Source: Eledone cirrhosa (lineage: Eukaryota). Taken from it: DNA of 64,000 bases. Below, one piece after another: positions 40,576 to 51,800 of the stretch. Each line of letters starts with the position of its first letter. Position 1 is the stretch's first letter. A model generated the notes under the pieces. That model saw nothing but the letters and a program-made list of their open reading frames with translations. It did no database searches and had not been told where the DNA came from. The position numbers and the translations under genes are program-made. The stretch spans positions 129,704,001 to 129,768,000 of the forward strand of contig OZ024742.1 of the NCBI GenBank assembly GCA_964016885.1. Direction: 5' to 3'.

Positions 40576-41520
40576 AAATCGATAATTTTTTCTGTGTTGT
40601 CTCCCTTGATTTTTAAAAACCATAATTAGTCGTTTAGTTTACATATTGCGACCCCAACCTATTTATTTTATAACGTATAGCATTTCTTGTAATGTTCTTT
40701 TTTGTCATATATCTTTTAGAAAACCAATTTACGCAGAAATGCTACCACTTAAAATAAAATTTTGCTGGAGATAGATTAGCAAAATTTAATAAGTGGTGGG
40801 GGATCTGAAAAATTAATAAGCGGGGACGACGATTATTCGAGACCCAAGAGTACATACATGCATACACATGTACACATATACACACACACATTAAAGCAAA
40901 GATTTGGTTCAGTACAAATAATTATTTAACAAGCAATCAGTTTTCAAAGTTTTCTTCCCTAACTCATCTATGTAACCATTCTACAGTAACCATTCTGCCG
41001 CAAGCATTTCTGACCTATTATTTATCTCTGGTTTTATACGGTTGATACAAATGTTGTGCTGGTGAAGTCATGCCTACCATGCTTATGAAGTGACTTGATC
41101 TGACTCATCTCCGTTTCCTTCCACATGCACACTCACCATCCACTATCACCCTATAGTAGCTACCCTCACTATATCACCACACACCCCATATTTCCATGCC
41201 TCCCCCCACACTATCATCCTACACCCCTGTACTGGCTATTTTCAATATCACTATACCCTCAACATTACTCCATGATCACTTCCACCCATTTTATATCCTA
41301 CCCCTGACCCCAATATCAAGGATCATCCTCCCTCTCTCAACTAACACAGGGTCACCCCTTTCCCCCTAAAATCTGACATACCAGTCATAAGCCTTTAGTA
41401 GTAGTTATCATAAAAGTACTTCCTACACTGAAATTCAGCCCCCCCCCCCCCTCCACACATCACCCTGTCAAATCCCACTACCAAACCACATTTTTGTAAT
41501 ATAGCTTAATATTTTCATTA

Positions 41521-41920
41521 AGTAGTGGATTGGCAGTATCGGTAGAGGGTCGGACGTCATGCTTTGCAGCGAAGAGTTACGGCCCTTTATAGTCTGAGTT
41601 CAAATCCCGCCAAGGTTAACTTTGCCTTTCATCCTTACGGGGGTCGATAAAATAAAGTACCAGTAATACACTGGAATAATTGCTGGCCTTGTGCCGAAAG
41701 TAGAAACAATTATTAAGTGGTGGATTGACAGTATCAGAAGAGCATCAAACAACATGCTTTGCAGCATAAAGTTATGTTCCTTTACATTCTGAGTTCAAAT
41801 TCTGCCGAAGTTAGCTTTGCCTTTCATCCTTATGGAGTTAATAAAATAGAGTCCAGTTAGAAACTGGGATCGATTTAATCGATTTTCCCCTCCCAAAAAA
41901 TTGTTGGCCAGAAACCATTA
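41521..41920 (+). mobile_element. Two tandem SINE family A copies
   Basis: Heads TGGATTGGCAGTATCGGTAGAG, B-box GAGTTCAAATCCC, same central domain and tail. Confidence 0.85.
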
Positions 41921-42230
41921 TTAAGCTGATATTAAACATAATTTAACATAAGATTACAATGAAAAGTATATATTATATTTTCCATTGTAATCTTGTTAAA
42001 TTATGTTTCAATTATCAGCTTAACAATTGTTTCTACTTTTGGCACAAGGCCAGCAATTACCAGTGCATTACTGGTACTTTATTTTATTGATTATCCTTAC
42101 TTTGTCGATAAAATAGAGTACCAGTAATGCACTGGTAATTGCTGGCCCTGTGCCAAAAGTAGAAACAATTATTAAGCTGATAATTGAAACACAATTTAAC
42201 ATAAGATTACAATGGAAAATATAATATATA
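41921..42230. repeat. Nested long inverted repeat
   Basis: Arms about 41967-42090 and 42105-42230 are near-perfect reverse complements; 41921-41965 is a further inverted copy of the outer part. Confidence 0.9.
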
Positions 42231-43218
42231 CAGAGTGGGGCATAACTTTGGAAGCAAACTTTTGAAATTTGATATCTAAACGTGTTGTAAGTATATCATT
42301 AATCTTCTTTCATTTTCTGGTTAATACATTAGTCTATGTAAACATATTGGACCTTGTTTGGATTTCTTAAAGAATTTGAAAATGTCATCAATAGAGAAAT
42401 GATACTCAAACTTCATTGCACAGAAGAAATCCCAAAAGGTCCATGAGAATGGCAAAAGAGGTCTGAGTAAGCCCTAGGACAATGAAAGGGATCATCAATG
42501 ATGACTTGGGAATGTCGTCCTTCACCCTTTAGAAGAGACAAACCCTTTCTGAAAAGACAAAACAAAAAGAAGCTAGAGAGAAGCAAGAATTTGCTTAAAG
42601 AAATGAAATGTGGCATGGCGGGAGAAATTGTCTGGTCAGATGAAAAAATTATCACTGTTGAGCAGACACACAACCAAAGAAATGATCAAGTCATTGAAAA
42701 ATAAGAATAAGCAATCAGTGTTGACCAAAAAATCTGTATTTCATACAATGAAACCAGCTTCTGTTATTGTCTAGGGGGCTGTTTCATCATCTTGGAGGTC
42801 TCTCCTCATTTTTGTGGAAGAAAAGACAAAAAACCGGCTCCCAATCTTACATAAATGTTATTCTGGAACTTATGCCAGTTTCTGGAACTAATCATTGTGG
42901 ACCTTCCAACAGGATGGAGCCACATCCCATAAAACAAATGTCACACAAGCTTGGTAAAGAGACCATCTTCTGAAGTTTTGGTCAAAAGAAATGTGGCTTC
43001 CCTGTTCACTTGATTTGAACCCTATAGAATTTTCAGTATGGCCTATCCTTGAAGAAAAAGCCTGTTCAAAAGTCCATAAGACAGTCGATGATTTAAAGAC
43101 ATCTTTACTGAGTGTTTGGAAAGAAATTCCCCAAGAAGTGTTGCGTGCTTCAGTGAAAGATGTTCGACGGCAGTTAGAGGATATTATTGCTGCACGAGGA
43201 GGTCATTTTGAATAAATC
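42231..43218 (+). mobile_element. maT/DD37D transposon (left TIR plus decayed transposase), interrupted by an LTR element; resumes 48688-48752
   Basis: TA then TIR CAGAGTGGGGCATAACTTTGGAAG (20/24 match to the right TIR at 37484-37507); IVWSDEKIITVE...NDQV, QQDGA, WLPCSLDLNP, GGHFE*. Confidence 0.88.
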
Positions 43219-43629
43219 TGTAGCACTCTCTAGACAAAGGGAAGTAGCTAGAGTTACTTCCCGTAGAATTTCTAGAATATTCCTTGAACTTCCGTTCCGA
43301 GTATTATAAAAGAAAGAGCAAAGGGCAATCTCCCTCTTTTGGCAGCAGGCTCTTGAACTGACCAAACCAAGCACAGATGTGTTAAGTTTTTCTAATCCTA
43401 TCTTGTATTTCAGGATTACACCATATCATGTCACGAGGTACGTTTTGTTGCTAAATTGTAATACACGCACTACAATAAATACAAGTTGTTATTGATACTC
43501 GTTTTGATATATTCGTCATGCTTCAATTATTACTTCGAATGTAGAGAGATAATTCTAACCAAGAAAAATTAATGGTTGGCATGCAGTGCTATTTACTGGA
43601 GTAAATAATCCTATGACCAATTCACTAAA
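43219..43629 (+). repeat. 5' LTR
   Basis: TGTAG...CTAAA; 10 mismatches to the 3' LTR by manual count. Confidence 0.95.
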
Positions 43630-44063
43630 TTGGTGACCTGACATGATGTGAAAATATTTGATGCAACAGTGGGCATGAATGCAGGCATAAAATACAGAAA
43701 AAAAAAGAAGAGGCAACAACACAGAAAAAAATTGTTCTCAACTCTAGAAAGTTCGTTTTTTTAGTCAGTTCGTGTGGGGCAAACAAAATAAAAAAAAATT
43801 TTTCTTGTTGAAAGCAATACATGAATGACAAAATTGAAGAAGTAAGTCACCATGTTGGCAGCGTGATAATTCACTAAAAGAATTGTCCCTCGTGTCTATG
43901 GATCAAACAAGCTTTCGTTTTTTTTTAAGTCGCCATCTTACTTGCTCGGTGCTATATTTTATTTTACTTAAGTTATTCATGGTACTACCACGTCTGCGGT
44001 AGTTGAAAAAAAAAACAAAAAAAAAACGACAAAGAAATTCTCGCTCAGCGTCTATGGTGTTAA

Positions 44064-47000
44064 TCATGAGCAATTCTTCGTTACCGGCATTTTCTGGTGA
44101 TGCCAGATTGTGGTTTGCTCAACTGGACTCGTATTTTGCTGCCCACGGTGTTCAAGCAGCACAACAGAGATTACACGTGCTTATCAGTGGAATTCCTGCT
44201 TCGCTGGCAACCTCAGTTAAAGACATAATTACAGATCCTTCACAAGGCACATCTTACGAAACCCTAAAGGCAGAAGTGCTCAGACGGAACAGCCGTTAGT
44301 CTGAGAGTAGATTTCGTTCCTTGTTGGAAGAGGAAAATCTGGGTGACAGAACTCCGTCTCAATTTTTACGGCGTATCCGCGAACTGAGCGACTCAACAGC
44401 AGAGGACAATTCCTTCGTAAAACAGCTATTCTTCTCCCGTTTGCCAACAAATGTGCAGACCATATTGGCGAATATGGTCGACACCAGTTCTTTGGAACAG
44501 ATTGCGGCCTCGGCGGACCGCATTATGGAATTTTCCTGAGAGCCTACTTCGGCAGATTCGGTCGTCGCTTCTTCTGCTTTTAAAACCCAGCCTGCTTCAC
44601 CTCGTGAGGACTCAATGTTGAGAGCCATTGATACGTTAACTCGTCAAGTAGCTAAACTTCATGAAGTCGGTCTCCTTCTTTTCATCGTCACGCCATATTC
44701 CCCGCCAACAACTCGTCTTTGTGTTGGTATCACATGCGTTTTCGTGAAAAGGCGAAACATTGTATTCAGACCTGCTCTTTCGGGGCCTCGGAAAACTAAA
44801 ATTGGAGAGTCTTGGCACGGCAGACCTCTCCCTCAATAATTCACCTAATCGTACTTTCTTCATCAGAGACCGAGTCTCAAACAGGTCATTTATGGTGGAC
44901 ACAGGGTCTAGTTGCAGTATTTGGCCTTTATGGTTCAGCTCTACCAAGCCAAATTTTTCCGGCATTTCTTTATATGCAGTGAACCAGTCTCCGATCAAAA
45001 CCTATGGTCAAATATCTTTATCGTTGGACTTAGCTTTGCGTCGAGATTTTAAACGGATTTTCGTCATTGCGGACCTACCTCATCCTATTCTCGGTGCCGA
45101 TTTTTTACACCATTATTCACTTTTGGTAGATGTCAGGAAACAGAAACTTGTGGATGGTACCACATCTTTATCTACGCCTGCTCGTAGGTCTACTGCTGCT
45201 GTTGTCAGTCCCTCGTGTTTTGTAGTTGCCTCTGGAAACCAGTTTCATTCACTTCTTGCCTCGTTTCCCGAGTTAACGGACATCTCATTTAAACCTAATC
45301 AGGTAGTCCACTCGACTACAACTGGCCCGCCTGTTTTCTCTCGTCCACGAAGGTTGGCTCCAGATAGACTAAAGAAAGCCAGAGATGAGTTCGAGCACAT
45401 GCTTCAGCTCGGTCTTATTCGACCTTCCATCAGCCCATGGGTATCTCCGCTTCACTTGGCTCGAAAGCGGATTTTAGGCCGGTGGGAGATTATCAAAGAC
45501 TTAATGCCATCACTACACCTGATCGTTATCCTTCACTAAATTTACAGGATTTTTCATCCGTTCTGCATGGATGCAAGTTATTTTCTAACATAGATATGGT
45601 ACGGGCTTACCATCAAATACCCATGAATCCAGAAGACATACCAAAAACAGCTGTGACCACCCCCTTTGGTTCATTTGAATTTCTGTCCATGCCTTTTGGT
45701 TTGTGGAATGCCTCTAGCACGTTCCAGCGTTTTATCGATGAAGTCACGCGTGGATTGGATTTTGTGTGGATGACCTCCTGATAGCCAGTGACACAGCTGA
45801 GCACCATCATCAACATCTATCCCAGTTATTTCAACATCTTCAATCGTACCAAGTCAGAATCAACCCAGCTAAATGTGTGTTTGGTACAGCTTCACTGGAA
45901 TTCCTTGGACATCTTATAGATTCGGAAGGCATTCGACCTCTGCCATCTAAGGTGGAAGCAATTCAGCGTATCGCACCCCCCCCCCCTCTCACTGAGACAG
46001 TTACGTCATTTCTTCGGATTAATTAACTTTTATCATCGTTTTATTCCCAACTGTGCTGAAAAGTTATTCCCCTTGACACAGCTGTTAAAGGATGCGAAAA
46101 AGAAAGATACACCCATTGCATTTTCTGCCGATAATTTGCAATCATTTGAATCCGTCAAGTCCGAAATAGCCGAAGCTTCTTTCCTCGCCCATCCTGTTGC
46201 AAACGCGAGGCTTTCTTTAACTGTTGATGCGTCCGATCATGCTGTTGGAGCAGTTTTGCAACATACGATCAACCACTGGCATTTTTCTCATGCCAACTTA
46301 AACCAGTGAAACAGAGATACAGCACCTTTGACAGAGAACTTTTGGCGGTCTATCTTGCCGTGAAGCACTTCCACCATTTTTTGGAAGGGCGGGAGTTCAC
46401 AATATTCATGGACCATGAACCGCTAACATTCGCTCTCCAATCCAAGTCCGACAGGTACTCTTTGAGGGCATATAGGCATTTGGATCTCATCTCCCAGTAC
46501 ACCAGTGACATTGTCATATAGCCGGAGCTGCCAACATACCCGTGGTCGCACTGTCTCGACTTTCTGTGTGTTCTCTTGCGTCTCCTGCACATATCGATTT
46601 GGTTGCCATGGCAACTGACCAACCTACTTTGGATTCGTTGGACATTTCATATGACCAGTTCTCCTGAAAATTGGAATATTTACCTCTTCCATCTTCTGAA
46701 GGGTAAATTCTCTGCGATATTTCTACTGGCTCACCCAGACCACATGTTCCAGATTTCCATCAATGTACCCGTTTTGATGCACTTCATTCCTTGTCGCATC
46801 TCGACATAGCTGCCACGGTGAAGCTCATCATGGCCCGATTTTTCTGGCCTAATATGTGTCGTTTAATCACCAGTTGGGCACGTTCTTGTTTGAAGTGTCA
46901 GCACTCTAAGATTTATTGGCATGTTCACGCTCCTCTTGGTGAATTCAGCCCGCCGGACGCCCATTTCCGTCACATTCACATGGATATTGTTGGTCCTTGG

Positions 47001-47884
47001 CTCGTTAGTCGTGGGTTCACATATATATTGACCTGTATCGATTGTTTCTCTCGGTGGCCTGAAGCCATATCCCTAGTGGACATAACAGCCAAGTCCGTTA
47101 CCCGAGCTTTCATTTCCAGTTGGGTTGCTTGCTTTGGTGTTCCACGGATCGGGGACGCCAGTTCGAGGCTTCCTTATTTTGTGATATATCACGACTTTTG
47201 GGTGCTCATCACATTCATATGATGAGCTATCACCCAGCCTCCAACGGAATGGTGGAGAGGTTTCACAGACAGTTGAAAGCTGCACTCCGCGCTACTCCTG
47301 ATCCGCAATGTTGGACCAAATTTTTGCCAATCGTGCTTCTTGGTTGTCGTTCTGCTGTTAAGACAGATTTGGGTTTCTCCTCAGCTGAACTTCTTTATGG
47401 TACCACCTTGACTCTTCTCGGTCAAATGCTAGCACCGGTTGATTCATCACATCTTGATCCAACATCATATGTCGCCAGGATTCATTTTTACTTCTCGGAT
47501 CTTCCACCAATGAACTCTCGTGAACAGTCTATTTCTTCTGCTGTTCCATTGGATATCTCTACGTGGACACACATTTTTATACAGAATGATTCCGTCAAGG
47601 GACCACTTAAGTCACCCTATAATGGACCTTTTTGTGTGCTTTTGTACACACCAAAAAATTTCACAGTGGCTGTCAATGGTCGAAAAGAGACAATATCCAT
47701 TGACAGAGCAAAGAGGGCTTTCTCTGAAAGTCTCATTACGATGCCTGATACACCTTGTACATTCACTCCCACACCAACACCTTCACCTCCACCGCAAACA
47801 CCACATACCACACAACCTTATGTCACACAAGGTGGCAGAACAGTAAAATGGCCACGTAAATTGTCAAAAACTATATACATTTAA
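44064..47884 (+). pseudogene. Frameshifted gag-pol of the Gypsy element
   Basis: Consecutive ORF fragments give the order gag, PR, RT, RH, IN (Gypsy order). Confidence 0.93.
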
Positions 47885-48272
47885 CCCTTAGTGGCATTAA
47901 CAAACTCTTTTCAGTTTCAGATAGAATTAGTGTCAGAAAAGTCTGTATACTGGTGATGTATGAACTATTTGATTCTGAAGAAACTTTGAACTTACCATTG
48001 AGCATTAATTTTTCTCTGCTCCCTTATGTTAACTTTGAGTTATCAGTTTTGTTACATTTACATTTTTTCTGCATCATCCTTGTGCAGCAAAAAATTTTTT
48101 CTTTGTCAAATGCATTTACTTGTTTTGTGCTTTTTTGCTATTTGCTTCAGTTGCGAGCTAATGTTTTATTCATGCACTTTCTTGTACCTTTCCTTTGCTC
48201 CTCATTTCTTACGGGTTCTCGCTACGATGACCTTCGGTTGGTTATTCGACTTCTCGTCTGAGAGGGGAGTCT

Positions 48273-48683
48273 TGTAGCGCTTTCTAGACAAAGGGAAGTA
48301 GCTAGAGTTACTTCCCGTAGAATTTCTAGAATATTCCTTGAACTTCTGTTCCGGGTATTATAAAAGAAAGAGCAAAGGGCAATCTCCCTCTTTTGGCAGC
48401 AGGCTCTTGAACTGACCAAACCAAGCACAGATGTGTTAAGTTTTTCTAATCCTATCTTGTATTTCAGGATTACACCATATCATGTCACGAGGTACGTTTT
48501 GTTGCCAAATTGTAATACACGCACTACAATAAATACAAGTTGTTATTGATACTCGTTTTGATATATTCGTCATGCTTCAATTATTACTCCGAGTGTAGAG
48601 AGATAATTCTAACCAAGAAAAATTAGTGGTTGGCATGCAGTGGTATTTACTGGAGTAAATAACCCTATGACCAATTCACTAAA
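48273..48683 (+). repeat. 3' LTR
   Basis: Direct repeat of 43219-43629, preceded by the PPT and followed by TSD AATC. Confidence 0.95.
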
Positions 48684-50125
48684 AATCCTATACATAATAT
48701 TCTGAAGATATTTATGTATAATTACATATGTTCCCAGTCAATAAAGTTATTAGAACCATGGTAAAATGTACCACGTGCACTCTGTAAAGTGGCTGGTGTT
48801 AGGAAGAGTATTCTGCTGTTAAAACCCCACCAAAGGTTTGAGAGGACTCTTCTGTTACATCATGAATACAACAATCTCTCTAGTACTGGTGCCACAGAAA
48901 ATGCACCTGTAAAGTGGTTGGCATTAAAAAGGGCATCCAGCTGTAGAAAACTTGCCAAACAAAACGTTGAGAGGCCCCCTTCAGTTGTGTCAGGGGCATG
49001 AAAACCTTACTAGTACTGGTGCCATGATAACATGCACCCATTACACTTGGTAAAATTGATGGTGATAAGGAAGGCATCCAGTTATAGAAAACTTGCCAAA
49101 TTATGGTTGGAAGGACTCTTCAGTTGTGCCATAGATATGACAATGTGCTTAGTGTTTGTGATCATGATTAATGCACCCAGTACACTCTAAACACATACAA
49201 TGCACATCTTTAATTGTGTTAAGGGCACAACATTCTCTCTAGGGTGGGTGATACAATAAAACACACTGAATACACTGTGTAAGGCCATTGGTGATAGGAA
49301 GAGTATCCAGCAGTAGAAAACTTGCCAAACAAAGGGCAGAGAGGACTCTTCAGCTGTGTCAAAAATATGACAAACTCTCTAGTGCTGGTGCCAAATACAT
49401 GGTGTACTCTGTAAAGCACATGGAAAATATGTGAGTTGAGGCCCCTAGCCTATCAGTGAGATCATTGGCTTCGATTAAGTAGTGACTTAGTCTATGAAGA
49501 CCTAGCCAACCCTTGCTAGCAGAGAAAGTGGATGTTAAATGATGATGATAATATATAAAACATAGATCAGCTTATTACATTATCTCTCTACATCTATTTA
49601 CCTCATGTGTCTATCCACATGTCGTCCCAGTTAACTAAGCCGTGAAATCACATCAGATGAAGGAGGCTATTTTCTAAATAAAAAAGCCAAAAATCATTTA
49701 CAACTATTTCTTCAAATGAAGAATTACTTTGTTTAATAAAATATTTGTCTAAAAGGCCGAGTTTTTTTTACTAAATCTGCACAAATGAAATAAATATTAA
49801 AATACGAATGAATCAGGTATTTTTCTCAAAGTTAGCAGAGAATAGAGCTGAAAGCAGACTCCATCCTCACCCTAACCAGATAGTTACAATTACAAATAAA
49901 GAAGGCGAGACAGGGAAGAGAATTAGATATATGGTGTTGGAGGTGGACATAACGATGGAGAGAATAATAAATAAACAACTGATCATGAGTGAAATAGTTT
50001 GATTGGTGTAGGGCAATAGATTAATATATAGATAAATGAAAGTATGGATAGATCGATGGATAGATATAACAACTTATACAGGAATATATTGAAATGGTTT
50101 AGATTTAAAATTTATAATTACTTAC

Positions 50126-50727
50126 TTTCTTTTGCGTTTTGATCCTTCCTCTCTATCAAGGGCTTTCTCAACACATTCAGTTAGTTCCGTCCAGTCAGCA
50201 TGTAGACCACAGCCCCTTTTAATGGAATAACGACTGAACAACCAATGCTTGTTAGAATGTGTTAAACAGTGACATCGGAAACTTTTGGAGGTACACACGC
50301 AAGGTCTATCAACAACCAAATTCCTAACGAGGTGCCGACCGAAACTAGAACCACCAGTCTTTTGAATGTGCAGAAACACAATAACATCTTCCTTTTCCAT
50401 ATCCAACTGGAAATTTCTTCGAAGATCTGAGATGGACAAGTTGTAAGTGTCCAACGGTAAGTGAATAATGTCACTACTCATATTAACATTACTCACGGTG
50501 TTGTTGATAATGCGGTGAAGTAAGGCGACAGGAGATGAATGATATAATATATGACTCTGGGCACCCAAAAAACGACTCGGTATGAAATTGGACTGTCCTA
50601 AGGGACTGAAATAACCAAAAACGATAATGCCAGATAACACCATACATACTGTAAAGACGAATAATTTCCTGCACTTAATCGGTTGACTTGGAATAAAATT
50701 CATGTAGTTCAGATGCCGCAATGGCAT
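50126..50727 (-). CDS. HS6ST: Heparan-sulfate 6-O-sulfotransferase, first coding exon, copy 3 (divergent)
   Basis: ATG at 50727; open frame; HIQKTGG, all Cys and GLHADWTEL retained; CVCTSKSFR and SRYSIKRGC replace CECAPKRKR and SRFSTGWAC; same phase-2 donor. Confidence 0.9.
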
Positions 50728-51492
50728 TTTACTTATGCTTCCGAGTCCTTTGCTTTCTCTATTTGTCACAATCTCTCTCCCTTTCACTTATACACACATA
50801 CGTGATCTTTTCCTCTCAATCTCTCCTCTAGAAGTCCGAGGAAGAGATGAGAAAATATAATATACATACACACAACGCACTCATACACCAAATGAAACTC
50901 GTTCTGAAGTCTTTCGAGGTATTCGTTTTCAAAAGAACCGTGAAAAATAATAAGATCGCAAGTACTTAAGGAACTTTTAAATAGGCGTAAGTTAGAAAAA
51001 CAATAACCTGATATACTGAAAACATGAAGCACTGGGGAATATTAGAGACAACGATATTTCAACAGTGGTCCTCCAGCAGTTGCGATTTTATCTTCCAGTG
51101 TTACAGATGATAGAAATTGTTCTTCTGTGACATCTACTTTCTTATCACCTCCTTTTCTCACAATAGTTCCAGCTGTTTCTCTCTTCCTTCTACCCAGTTA
51201 GCAAATAATGCCTCTTCCTCTCTAATATTTCTTATAGACACAAACACACAAATAAACACACACACAAACAAACACAAACACCAACACAGACTAACACAAA
51301 CAACACACAAACATGTGCACACATCAAGACAAGGATTCAGATCAATTCAAACAGCTAAGTAACTTTGACCATTTGTTAAAGAAATATTTATAAGCCTATA
51401 CAAATATTTACATACGCCTATATTTGTGTGCTTGTGTGTGTGCGTGTGTGCGTATCATGAACATTATTATCATTATTATCATTAATTTGAAG

Positions 51493-51800
51493 GGCGATAG
51501 ATTGGCAGTATCGGTAGAGGATCGGACGCCATGCTTTGACGCATTGAGTTACGGCCCTTGCCATTCTGAGTTCAAATCCCGCCGAGGTTAACTTTGCCTT
51601 TCATCCTTACAGGGTCGATAAAATAAAGTACCAGTAATATACTGGGATAATTACTGGCCTTGTGCCAAAAGTAGAAACAATTATTATCATTAATCCCACT
51701 GAGGTTAACTTTGCCTTTCATCATTAAGGCGTCAATAAAATAAAGTACCAGTAATGCACTGGGATAATTACTGGCCCTGTACCAAAAGTAGAAACAATTA
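51493..51800 (+). mobile_element. SINE family A, full copy plus partial tandem copy
   Basis: Same head, B-box and central domain as the other family A copies. Confidence 0.85.

Larger units (their letters stand above)
43219..48683 (+). mobile_element. Full-length decayed Ty3/Gypsy LTR retrotransposon (CsRn1-like clade)
   Basis: Two 411-bp LTRs; 4-bp TSD AATC; PBS TGGTGACC (tRNA-Trp type) at 43631; PPT GAGAGGGGAG at 48260. Gag with CHCC knuckle CWYH...C...C at 44722; protease VDTGS; RT MPFGL.NA..TFQRF and DDLL; RNase H DAS and RELLA; integrase NGMVERFHR. Many frameshifts and stops. Confidence 0.96.

Noticed and set aside
41521-41620. tRNA genes
   Set aside because: The A/B-box-like heads belong to multi-copy SINEs and do not form a clean cloverleaf.
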